A DNA stretch of 47,340 bases from positions 1 through 47,340 of the forward strand of contig JABLTG010000152.1 of assembly GCA_016618085.1 (NCBI GenBank). Direction: 5' to 3'. The number at the start of each line of letters is the position of its first letter. Position 1 is the first letter of the stretch. This document shows positions 33,958 through 45,283 of the stretch, in pieces. Source of the DNA: Neovahlkampfia damariscottae. Lineage: Eukaryota. The notes under the pieces were generated by a model. That model was not told the DNA's origin. It did not search any database and saw only the letters and a list, made by a program, of their open reading frames with translations. The position numbers and the translations under genes are program-made.

Positions 33958-35449
33958 ATGTCTTTGTTGTCGCAAGACGAATTATTTTGTATTTCTGAAT
34001 TTCTTTCACTACAAGATTGTGCGAAAATATTCCTTGTCAGCAATTCTTGGAATTCTGTACACTTCATTTTTATTAATGATTTATGAATAGCTTGACGAAA
34101 GTGATTCTTTTTGGAAATTAATGTTGGACCAAGTTCTAAAAAATCATGAAGAATTTTCCCAGCATCCTGTATTGATTAAAAATGTTCTGAAAAAAACTAA
34201 ACTGACTAATAAACAAAAAACTAAATTCACCTACAAATTCGTCAAAGAAAAAAAATTTTTTTCTCTGATAGGAGACTTGGTAAATAATAAAACTGAAATA
34301 AGTTCGTTTAAATCTTTTGATAAGATTTTTGATTGCAAAATGAAAAAATGGGATAAAATTCTGGAAGAAATGAAGAAATTCGATGATTTGACATTTTTAG
34401 CCAAAGTTCATACAAAAGAATGTCCAAGTTTACTTGATGTGTTTTGGATGTCAGATGAACATTTTCTTAAGTTTGTCGTTAAACAAGATGAAAAATATGA
34501 AAAAACTATTTTCTCTTATTTTGAGAGAATTTATGATTTTTCTGGATTGAAAATTTTACAAAGGAACTCAAAATCATACTCTTCATCATTGATATCGTTG
34601 GTACAGTTGAATCATTTTCCTTTATTCCAAAAAGTGATCAGCAAATGTGAACAAGAGTTTAAGGAAGTTTTAAAGACAGATGATCACCAATGGATTCTAA
34701 AATCAATGCTAAAAGAAAACGTTGATGTAGATTCCTTGAAATTAGTTCATAGTTTTTTTGATATGACTTACACAGTGAATGATATTGATAATTTTTTTAG
34801 GGCAAATACTTCCACTGATTCATGGAAATTCATGCTTCCAAAGTTCAAAACAATCAAGAAACACGTTCCGCCATATTTTGTATTTCGAAATTTTCTTTAT
34901 AATGATAATGATTCGTTACAAAAGTTGGATTTATATTTCCACCATTCAGGAAAAATTCCAACAACACAAGAAAATACCCTGATTAATATATTCACTATTT
35001 TTCCTTGTTTACCAAGAAATAAAGTTACAGAAGTTGTTGAATTTTTAATGAAGTATGAAAATAATGATAACTATGACACTGATGGCGTCAGTTTCTTGGG
35101 ATTTATTTGTTTTCATGGATCTGTTGAATTCATTGAGAAATTATTAGAAAGAGGAGTGAAGCCAAATTTAAAGGGTTTAATAAATGATATAGTACTGAAA
35201 AAATACAGTTCTGATGTAATACCAGCAATCAAATTGATGATCAAATTTAAAGCAGATCTAAGTGAAATTGATGTGGAAGATTTTTATAAAAAAACAAAGG
35301 ACTCACTTGATAGACCAACAATAATGGAAATTATAAAAATACTAACAGACAGTGGATGTCATAATAACCTCTCTTTTGATGATATTTCTGTTTCTGATTG
35401 GATGATAAAAATAGGACAATCAGCAAAAGGGTTTTTGAAACATAAATAA
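33958..35449 (+). CDS. F-box protein with degenerate ankyrin-like C-terminal repeats
   Basis: MSLLSQDELFCISEFLSLQDCAKIFLVSNSWNS|LDESDSFWKLM (intron 34057-34090) is F-box-like; HGSVEFIEKLLERGVKPN is ankyrin-like. Confidence 0.72.
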
Positions 35450-35630
35450 CATTTTCAATTATCAAATGTATATTGATGATAATGAATCAAGTAATTGTGT
35501 TTGAATACAAAGAATAAACATTTTCCCATTATAGTGTTTCCGAAATTGTAAATTTTTCAAATTAGGAGTTTTTTTTGGCCAATTACGTTTTTGTTTGTTG
35601 ATTTTCTTCTACACCAACCTAAAAAATACC

Positions 35631-36241
35631 ATGAAGTACACGTTCAGTGTCGTTGACCCAACAGAAAAGAAAAAACCAAAAAAAAGAAATTGGGTTTGTT
35701 TTCTTCCAGAAGGTAATCGAATCAAGACATTTAACATTCAGAACATCAAACCAAATTCCAAAAATTCACCATAGATGAAAGTATAAAAACTCAATTACAA
35801 AAATCCAGAGAGAAAATAAACAAAAAATTGAAGAATACAGGACTAAACTACGACAGTTTAGAAAAGAAATACTCAAACGACACTAGTTTTCACATAATTA
35901 TGGACTTGAAAGGTCAATCTATATGGTTTAATCAAAGCTTCATGGAATTGACAAACAGGAGTAGAGATGATTATCTCAAGAGTAATTACATTGATGTTTT
36001 GTTGAAAAATAATCCAGATCATTTTTTCACTCAATTCATCGTTGATTTGGTGCAAAACCAACCTAAAAGTTCTAGAAGTAAAAAATTTATCAAAATTAAT
36101 ATTTTTTTATTCAAAGTCGAGTCTTCGGAGATTCTCCTTTCAAATTTGAGAAAAATTAAATTTCGTGGTCAATACGAGCGTGTAGACAATGACGAAGGTC
36201 CAATCGGTTATATTTGTCATATTCAAGAACGTTATGAATAA
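35631..36241 (+). CDS. small PAS-like domain protein, copy 1
   Basis: MKYTFSVVDP...; IMDLKGQSIWFNQSFMELTNRSRDD resembles the PAS core; two short introns. Confidence 0.65.
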
Positions 36242-36335
36242 AATTATTTGTAAATTTTCATCTTTTTATATTTACCGATTTGGAATAGTCTTGTTTAATA
36301 ATTTCCAAATTAGAATTTTACCCAATCAATTTGCA

Positions 36336-36936
36336 ATGCAATACACATTCAACATCGTCGATCCGTCCAAAAAGAAAGTTAAAAAGAAAAAGAATTGGGT
36401 GACCAATCTACCAGAAGGTAACTCATTAACAAATAATTAACAACAAGAACAACAAACCAAGTTTCAACAGTTCACACTCGATCAATTTGTAGAAACAACT
36501 GTAAAAAAAAACAGAGAAAAAGTTGATTCTGTACTAAAAAATACATGTTATACTTATGATTCTTTGGAAAAAAAATATTCAAATGACACAAAATTCCATC
36601 AAATTTTTGATTTGAAAGGAGTTACTTTATGGTACAATCAGAGTTTTATGGAATTGACAAACAGGACAACAGATGATTACTTGAAGATTAATCTTGTAGA
36701 TATGTTCATACAACTCAATCCTGACCATCCATTCACACATTTTCTTGTCAATATGCTTCAAACTCGTCCAAAACATGCAAGGAGTAATTTTACTTTTCAT
36801 ATTGACCTATTTAGTTGATTCATCTGAGGTTATTTTGGTTAATATGAGAAAATTTAAATTTCGAGCGACTTATGAGAGAATTGATAATGAAGAAGGACCA
36901 TTGGCGTATCTGGTTCATCTTGAACAAACTATGTAA
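36336..36936 (+). CDS. small PAS-like domain protein, copy 2 (tandem paralogue)
   Basis: MQYTFNIVDP...; IFDLKGVTLWYNQSFMELTNRTTDD; same intron positions as copy 1. Confidence 0.65.
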
Positions 36937-37031
36937 TTAATCATCGGAATAAAGAACTATTTTTAGCTGAATGTGGAATAATTTAATTCAGTTCCACTAT
37001 CATTGGTCGAAACACTCCGAAAAATTTTCAA

Positions 37032-38121
37032 ATGACCACTACATACGCTGTAACAGGTGCTTCAGGCTATATCGCTTCAAATCTCATCAAGTAATAAATA
37101 AATTACTAATATAATCAGAACACTCCTCGAAAAAGGTTATAATGTTCATGGAACTGTGAGAGATGTATCAAATCAAAAAAAAGTGAAACATCTCTTGAAT
37201 ACAGTCAGCAATGAAAATCAAAAAGGAAAACTCACTTTATTTGAAGCTGATTTACTCAAAGAAGGATCTTTCAAAAAATGTTTTGAAGGAGTTTCCGGAG
37301 TTTTTCATGTTGCTTCACCATTTCAATTAACAGTAAAAAATCCACAAAAAGATTTAGGTTTGGAAAATTAAAATATTTAAAATTCAAGTTGAACCTGCAA
37401 TTAATGGAACAAAGAATGTCATTAGTGAAGCTTTTAACAGTAAAACAGTACAAAGAGTGATTGTGACATCATCCATGGTAAAAAGAAGTTAAATTTTTAA
37501 TAATGTTCATTTTAGGCATCAGTTTGTGGTGATAGACCACCAGAACATAAATACACAGAAAAAGATTGGAATGATACTGCAGTTATTGAAAAATCTCCAT
37601 ATCCATATTCAAAAGTTAAAGCTGAACAAGCTGCTTGGGAATTGGTGGAAAACTTGACCAAAGATGTAAAAGATAGAAAGTTTAGTTTGGTTGTTATCAA
37701 TCCAGCTTTTGTTTTTGGACCTCCTTTGTCAGATCGTGATGATTCCGTTTCAGTTGGAACAATTAGAGCAATTGTCTCAGGAGCAATGAAAGAAATTGAT
37801 AATGGAATGAAATTTGGAATTGTTGACGTCAGAGATGTTGTTAAAGCACATATTTCTGCTATGGAAAATGAAGACGCTTCAGGAAGATATATTACTTGTC
37901 ATTCAAATAGTTATTACCTTTCAGATTTGGCTGTAATCCTCAAAGAGAAATTTCCAAAACATCCAATAACTGATAAAACTGTTGGAAATAAAGACCCAGT
38001 TCGTGAATACGAAAATGACAAACTTTTGAAATTGATTGGTGATTTGATTCCTGTCGAAAAAACATTGGTCGATATGGGAAATTCATTAATTGATTTGGGA
38101 TTAGTTCAAAAAATAGAATAA
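37032..38121 (+). CDS. NAD(P)-dependent epimerase/reductase (dihydroflavonol/cinnamoyl-CoA reductase-like extended SDR)
   Basis: VTGASGYIAS, VFHVASPF, EPAINGT, VTSS, YPYSKVKAEQAAW, VDVRDV; three introns. Confidence 0.92.
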
Positions 38122-38124
38122 ACT

Positions 38125-40058
38125 AATAATAATATTCTTATCCAAAATTTTGCTTCTATTTTATATTCTTTGATGAATGATTGAAAATCTTCAACTTCCA
38201 TTAAATTCAAGCAAAAAACTTTTTGAACTTTTTTGTCAATTGTTCTTTTTAGTGAAAACGACAATGATTGGGAGGGATGTGAATGATTTCGTATCTTCAA
38301 TCATATTTTTTAATGCTGCAATTGAATTCAACATTGCATTTTCAAAATAGATATCATCTATTTTTAGATATGAAATCATTGAAATAGTGAATATGATATT
38401 ACTAGCAGTTGGATAAACTACAATTGAAAAAAAATTTCAAGTTTTACGTAATTTCCACTTTCTTCTTTTACATTCTGTATCAATGAGTGTGAATTTTTCA
38501 TTGATTTCGTATGTTTGAATACCTTGGGTTTTACGATAAGTTCTTAGAAAATCATCAAAATTATTGTCAAATTTCAGAAAACGATAGAGATTATCAAATA
38601 AACTGATCAAAGTTTGAATTTGTTGTTCACTTACTATATCAAATGATCATTCAAGTTCAATTGTAATTCAAGTTGTTTTTCATATAAATTTTGAACATTT
38701 GGTTCTTCTCAACATTTTTGTAGAGATCTGAAAAGTCTAATCATTTCAGTTTCTTCAAAATTAAAGCAATAGGGATCAGAAAATAAAATATCAAATTTTT
38801 GTTTCAAATATGTTGAATTATCAAAAGTACAGATTAATTTATAAAGATCTAAAGTCATTGCAGTATAAATGAAAGCAATTTCGTTTTCAGAAAATGTCTC
38901 ATTTAAGTAATGAGACTTGAAAAGTTTACTCATTGTTGTTTTGCCGGATCTTGGAGTTCCAAGTAAAACACCAACAACAGGTACTGAAAATTTCTTTTGC
39001 ATTTTTGAAAGTGTAAGTTTTTCTTTGGTATTACTTCATTCATTAAATTTGGTTGATTTTCAATTTTAAATTTGATGAGTTTTTTTGAGTTGTTGTATGA
39101 ATTTTTCAAAACGAAAGAATAAATATTCATTTGTAAATGGTTTTGATTGATCAACTACATGTTGTATTAAACCACATTTTCTGTAGAAATTGAAAACCAT
39201 GATCAATTCAGTGGTTGTAAATTTTGTATTTTTTAAACCCCATTCAACAGCTTCACTAGCAATCCAACCTGGAAAAAAGGTTTAAATTGATATAAACTAT
39301 TACAATTTGAGTAATTTTTCAATTTATATTTTCTATTTTTGACTTCAATTTGTGAAAGAAATTTCAAAAAAACTTTTCCAAAATAATCTGAAGAATAATC
39401 ATTCGTATGAAGATCCAATTTTTCAATAACTGTATAAGCATCAAATTTTGCTTTGAAGTTATCATGAAAAACTGATTCTTCTTTTGGAATTGTTTTGAAC
39501 TTATAAAATAAATAATCAGAAATTGGTTTTAATTTAACAACAACATGTTCAATATAACCCATTTTTCTGAAAAGTTCTAAAACTAAAATGGAGTCTTCTC
39601 TGAGATTGTGTGTATCAAAGATATTCTGTACTGTCAAAATGATGGATATTGTGTCAACTGCTTGATGAGCAATAAAACCTTGTGAAAAAGTTAAAATTAT
39701 AGATTTTTTAAACATGATTTATAATTTTTTAAGCGATATTTTCTATCTTCTAATCTTATGGTTTCTCTAAATGTTGTAAAAATGACAGTACCTCCATTGG
39801 AAAAAATGAAAAAAAAAAAGTTCCTACTGTATCAAATTTGAGGTTTAGAGGAAAATCTAAGAAATTTTTTAATGTATTTTTTAACATCTGAGAGTTTTTG
39901 AATAACTCAAAAAGGGAAATTCTTTGTTCATTTGATTCTTCATATTTAGTAGATTGTTTTAATTCTTCCAAGGCATTTTTTTAGGTGTTTATCATCTAGA
40001 TTGGACTCTAAGTAATCACAGAAACCTGAAAGGAACTTCTTTTCCAACTGTCTTCCAT
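38125..40058 (-). pseudogene. probable pseudogene: tandem DEP domains followed by a divergent G-alpha-like domain
   Basis: Two DEP-like segments (EDRKYRLKNYKS|CFIAHQAVD..GYIEHVV..YLFYKF; KNRKYKLKNYSN|CWIASEAVEW..GLIQHVVD..YLFFRF); LLGTPRSGKTT and DFLRTYRKTQGI; in-frame TGA at 38709-38711; apparent frameshifts. Boundaries approximate. Confidence 0.62.
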
Positions 40059-40134
40059 TAACAGAGAAGTGAAAAATGAATGGACGAAGTTTGTCACAAA
40101 AAAAAAAAAGAAAATGACAACTCTGAAGATTTTC

Positions 40135-41565
40135 TCAATTTATTTCTTCAATTATTTTCAATATTTTTCTTGTAAATCCTTGGTACTTCCATCCCTGAGG
40201 AGTAAAACCATTTCTAACAATCACTGTTTGAGATTTTGGGTGAACAACAATAACTTGTCCTTCATTACCTGTTGCAGCAAATAAATCAGATTCAACCCAC
40301 CAATGCAATCCATATTGATATGAACTTTCTGGAGACCCAGTAGTTGTTGAATTCACCCAATGGACAGGAAATAATTGTTCTCCATTCCAAACACCATTCT
40401 GTAAATACAACAATCCTAATTTCAAATAATCTCTGGATGATAAAAATGCAAATGAAGAAGCTGCAAAATCACCAACTGCATCTGTTTCAAACATTGAACG
40501 TGGATTCATACCTAACTTTTTGAAAAATTCATAAGGATAGTTCCAATACTCTTCTGAAGAATTAAATGTCTCTCGAAGTCTTCTTGATAGAATATTTGAT
40601 GTTCCAGTTGCATAAAAAAATACCTTTTTTGGTTCATAAATCAAAGGTCTATCAGCTGCAAAACTGGCGTATGATTTTACATCACTGAATAACATTTGAA
40701 CAACATCGCTCAATGGATTAGAATATACTTCTGAAAATTGAAGTCCTGAGGCCATTCTGAAAAGATCTTCAATGATTAATTCTCTTCTAGGGTCATTTTC
40801 TTCTTTCCATTCTGGAGCATTTACTTTATCTGAAAGTGAAATGAAACCTTCTTTGGATCTGAGACCATACAAACAATTCAATAAAGATTTACTTAAACTC
40901 CAACTCAGATGTAAAGAATTAGGACTAAATTCAGAAGTATATTTTTCACCTAATATTTTTCCTTTTGAAAATACAATGATAGATCTTGTATTTATTTTGG
41001 AATTTGAGAATTCTTCATCAATTTGTTTCTGAATTTTTTCATTTGTTTCAAATTTGAACATTGATAAATCTTCTTTATGAGATGAAACGTTTCTTTGAAA
41101 ATCAATCTTTCTATCAACACAACCAAATGGTGTGTGATAAAATGTTGAGCTGACTGGATCTTGCATAAATCTAATTCTGGTTTCAACTGTTTTTTTTTCT
41201 TTATTTACTGACACTTCAACAAAATATGGATAAAATTCTAATTCTTCCAGGTATGGTATTGTTGAAGTGTAATTTCTTTGTTGAATAAAAGCTGCTTGAC
41301 ACATTCTTTTGGCACAATAACTTGTTGCAACTTTTAAATTTCTTCTAATTGTTTCTGATCTTAAAATGAGAACAGAAATAACCAAAAATATCAACAGGAA
41401 TAAAATAAATAAACCAGTGGCAAGAAAACAAATTCCTATTATGTTCTGCAGCAGTTTACGTGTTTTTTGTTTTTTTTTTATTGAATTATCGTCCAGTAGT
41501 AATTCTGAATCATAAGAATCATCTTCATATACAATTTCATCGAGACTATAATGCTTCACCTCCAT
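40135..41565 (-). CDS. membrane-anchored serine hydrolase, beta-lactamase class C / 6-aminohexanoate-dimer hydrolase-like
   Basis: SWSLSKS (SxxK), LFRMASGL, FFYATG, SSRDYLKLGLLYLQNGVWNGEQL, ATGNEGQ; N-terminal TM helix; intronless. Confidence 0.88.
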   Translation of the reverse strand: MEVKHYSLDEIVYEDDSYDSELLLDDNSIKKKQKTRKLLQNIIGICFLATGLFILFLLIFLVISVLILRSETIRRNLKVATSYCAKRMCQAAFIQQRNYTSTIPYLEELEFYPYFVEVSVNKEKKTVETRIRFMQDPVSSTFYHTPFGCVDRKIDFQRNVSSHKEDLSMFKFETNEKIQKQIDEEFSNSKINTRSIIVFSKGKILGEKYTSEFSPNSLHLSWSLSKSLLNCLYGLRSKEGFISLSDKVNAPEWKEENDPRRELIIEDLFRMASGLQFSEVYSNPLSDVVQMLFSDVKSYASFAADRPLIYEPKKVFFYATGTSNILSRRLRETFNSSEEYWNYPYEFFKKLGMNPRSMFETDAVGDFAASSFAFLSSRDYLKLGLLYLQNGVWNGEQLFPVHWVNSTTTGSPESSYQYGLHWWVESDLFAATGNEGQVIVVHPKSQTVIVRNGFTPQGWKYQGFTRKILKIIEEIN

Positions 41566-41721
41566 CACTTGTTCAAGTGTGAATATCCAATGAAAACCGT
41601 TAGAGCATTCCATTCAATGTATCCAAAAAACATGATGTTCTGTTAAAAGAAATAATTTTGGAGTTTCTTATCAGTCATCGATTCTTTGAACAAAACAGCT
41701 TTCTGATTGGTAAAATATTTT

Positions 41722-43478
41722 ATGGAAAAGAATGAAGAAGAAGCCAAAGCTCCATCAAAAGATGAACTGAATTTAATTTATATTGATTCATTGAATTACT
41801 ATTTAAATCACTCTTGGAATCAAACTTATGACAGAATCTCTTCAATTTTATTAAAACACAAAATTTTTGAAACAAAATATTTTAACTTATTTGTCAACTC
41901 TGGAACCAAATCAAAAGAAATAGGAACAAGTTCAGTTTTATTTAACCTCCAAAAACTTCAAAAATATGTTGACAATGAAACAAAAAATGAGTTGAAATTC
42001 GCAATTTCCAAAACTTTATTCAAATCAAAAGAATTTGCACAGTCTTTTTTAATTTTGAAAAATATTTTGACTGATGATATAAATGATTCTAAGTCATGGT
42101 ATTTAATGGGAAAAATATACTTTGAATATGAAAAGATTGATGAAGCATCAAAATCATTTTTCTATTCTTTAAAACTTGATAAACAAAATTTTAGAATTTA
42201 TGAAAAGTTAGGAAATGTATACTTTATAAAAAAAATGTTCAAAGAATCATTCATGTTTTATTTGATGAGTTCATATTTACTGAGGAAATATGAACAAGAA
42301 ATTTATGATTCAAAAATTTTGAAATTAAGAATGAAAATAGTTTCATGCCAATGTATGTTGAAGAAATCAAGTTTGAAATCTTCATTGGGAGCGTAAATGA
42401 TTGATTTATTAATAGTTTTTCTCAGGATTGAAAATTTAACGAATCAAATTCCATATCAAAAGAAGAAATTCTTCTGGATCAAAAGTCATTTAATTTTCAA
42501 GTTTTTATCATTACAATATAAAAACTTTGATCGAGATTATATAAAATATGCCTTTGATCAACTAAAAGATTCACTATTGGTGAAAGAAAACACACAAATG
42601 CAAAGACTGATAATTTTCTTTGCATCCAGACTAGAGGAATGGTCGGAAGTCATAAAGATATCAGATGATTTATTTGAGATATCATTTGAAAATGAGAATG
42701 ATATTAGACTTTTATACTTATTATCAAAGTTTAAAATGAACCCTGACCAATTGGATCTTGTTTCAACTGAACTACAAAAATTAATCATCAATGAAGAAGA
42801 TGATTCGAATTTTGATCATTTATTTCTAATGGCTCAATGTGATAAATACAACAGATCCATTGAAAAATACAAAGAATGCTTGAAATTAATCAAATTTCAA
42901 AATGACTTTAGTTCCATTTTTTATTTCTTGTATGGAGAGGTATTTTGAATTTTTTTTTTTATGTTTTCAAGAAAAAATTGATTTCAGATTGCAGGAAAGG
43001 TATTGCTAATTCATTGCCTATTGGGAAAGAAAAACTGAATTTCTTGAAACTTGCTTCAGATTCAAATCCTGATGATTTTGAAATGAAAAAATATTTCATT
43101 GATTGTTTCATTGAAGTCTACAAAGACGAAAAAAATATGGATTACCTGCGCACTATATTTTCTTTTTCTTCACAATTAAAAAATGAAAAAATCTCAAACG
43201 AAGAAAAATTGAATTACTGGAATGTATGTTATGATTTGTCAAAAAAAAATAATCAAAAAGATATTTTGATTGAAAGTTTGATTGAAATCCTTTCACTTTC
43301 ACCTCTTCAACATTTGGAATTAGAATTAATTCAACTTTTAAAATCACATTCAAGATTTGAGGATATTCAAAAATTTTATTGGGAGAAATATTTAAAATCA
43401 AAAGATCCTTTAGATTTGATATCATTCGCTTCAAATTTTGTGTTTAATTTTCAATCATTCATCAAATCCAAGTTATAA
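41722..43478 (+). CDS. TPR-containing protein, three exons
   Basis: SWYLMGKIYF..IYEKLGNVYF TPR pattern; ORF pieces joined by short introns near 42393-42426 and near 42940. Confidence 0.7.
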
Positions 43479-43497
43479 AAATAAAATCTATTTGATT

Positions 43498-44754
43498 TTA
43501 CCATTGACCATCTCTTATTTCATCTTTTTTTTCTTGATCAATTTGTTTGATTGATTTTACATTAGATAATGTATTTGATTTTGGAATTGATGATTTATCT
43601 TCATCCCAAATGTCATACCATTGATATCCATAATCCTTATAGGTTTGTGGTTTCACTGGGGTTTTTGGTGGTGATTTACCAGTTATTTGTGAATACATTG
43701 CACTATTTACAATGTGAACATAGACTCTTCCGAAATTTGTTTCATCCCAATAATCACTGCCAAATTTATCTCTGTAAATTTTTTGTTTCATTTTCCCACC
43801 ACTTGCTAATCCCATCTCTTTTGCTTCTGAAAATGCTGATTTTTCTTCTTTTTTTTTCTTTCTCATATGTTTTGGTTTTTTATCTGGTTTTGGAACAATA
43901 TTTGATTGTCTAGTTGGTACAGGATCAAACATTGGAGCTTTCATTTCGATACTTTCTAACATGATACTTGATGTGGTTTCACTTTCTGGTACTTCACCAC
44001 TGTACCCACCTGCTGGAAAAACCTGTTGATCATATGGATCAGGAATAGGTTCATCATAATCAAACGGAATATCACCTGGATAATCACCAGGAAATTCAGG
44101 TGAAATTGGTTCTGGTTCTGGCAAATATATCGGTTCAACGATAGGATCAATTCTTTGGAATGTATTTGGTTTTTTATCGTAAACGCATAACTGAATTCCT
44201 CCAAATTCTTCTTTTCCAGTGACTTGTCCTTCAACTGTGTAACCACTGCCCAATGGCATCGCAACGAATTGTCTAATTGTACCATCCCCTGCATTTATTC
44301 CATCCAACCATGGTTGATCTGGAATGACAACATAATCATTTTCACCTTCTTGAATATTTTGATTCCAACTTTCTCCAGAAATAGCATTGACCTTTCCAAC
44401 AGCTATTTTTACAGCTTTTGGTGAATCTTTTTTTCCTTTGAATTGAATCCACATTGCTTCTCTTTGATACATTGGTATAAACACTCCTCCGTGTTTTTTC
44501 CATTCTTCTGGAACTTTATCTAAATAATCATCAACTTTTTCAATTGGAAATTGACCTAATGAAGGTGGCAAAGGATAAGTTTTATCATCATCTGGGATTC
44601 TTAAAGTTCTTTGAAAACATATTGAAACATTTTCATCACTATAAGGTTCGCCGAATAAAATGGAGTTATTTTGTATTGATACATCTATTTTTTTGTTTTC
44701 ATTGGTGGTATTTTTTTCTATAACTTCAGGTTCAACTTCTGGTTTAATTTTCAT
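43498..44754 (-). CDS. conserved uncharacterised protein
   Basis: FQRTLRIPDD..YPLPP.LG.FP, GGVFIPMYQREAMWI, DYVVIPDQPWLDGI, RQFVAMPLGSGYTVEGQVTG.E..GGIQL, MGLASGGKMKQKIYRD; intronless. Confidence 0.85.
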   Translation of the reverse strand: MKIKPEVEPEVIEKNTTNENKKIDVSIQNNSILFGEPYSDENVSICFQRTLRIPDDDKTYPLPPSLGQFPIEKVDDYLDKVPEEWKKHGGVFIPMYQREAMWIQFKGKKDSPKAVKIAVGKVNAISGESWNQNIQEGENDYVVIPDQPWLDGINAGDGTIRQFVAMPLGSGYTVEGQVTGKEEFGGIQLCVYDKKPNTFQRIDPIVEPIYLPEPEPISPEFPGDYPGDIPFDYDEPIPDPYDQQVFPAGGYSGEVPESETTSSIMLESIEMKAPMFDPVPTRQSNIVPKPDKKPKHMRKKKKEEKSAFSEAKEMGLASGGKMKQKIYRDKFGSDYWDETNFGRVYVHIVNSAMYSQITGKSPPKTPVKPQTYKDYGYQWYDIWDEDKSSIPKSNTLSNVKSIKQIDQEKKDEIRDGQW

Positions 44755-45000
44755 TTTTTTATAAAAACAATAATGTGATTGGTTGAATTTATTTATGAAA
44801 ATGTTCTAAAAATAACTGTTTTTCTTTTTCAAAAGAAAACAAGAAATTCTTAAAATGAAACCCTTCTGTGGAAACTATTATAAAATTCCAAAGAAACATC
44901 AATACTGTCCAAAACACTGATAACAAAAATACTCCATCCTTTTAGCTTTAATTCTCCAAAAAAACAAAAAGAATTCTTACGAATTTTGAACAATATGGAT

Positions 45001-45283
45001 TGAAAGGTACCAAAAGTTCAGGAGGGAGACTAAAGCAGACTGTTTGGAGACTATCTACTCTTGGGTATTCGAAAGTTGTGAATGTTCATTAGTTATTTTA
45101 ATGCGCTTTTGTAGCTCTTGTGCCTAGTTCCAATTGGTGTAAAGCTTCCAAGTAGAAGATCGTATCTGAAATAGATAGTTTACTTTAGGTTGTGGAATCG
45201 CTAAATATGGGTATTAGAATAGCTTAATTCAGATGTGTTTTCTCTGTTTAATACAACTTTGTTCTGCATGTAACATTCCCCCC
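45001..45283 (-). repeat. polypurine tract plus putative 3' LTR
   Basis: Minus strand GGGGGGAA (45283-45276) directly followed by TGTTACA (from 45275), downstream of integrase. Distal end uncertain (candidate ..CA ends at 45041 or 45001). Confidence 0.65.

Noticed and set aside
38709..38711. TGA at a conserved Trp position suggesting TGA=Trp recoding
   Set aside because: Other genes here end in TGA (Nudix 30375-30377, RWP-RK 24142-24144) and use TGG for Trp; the locus has other lesions, so a nonsense mutation is simpler.
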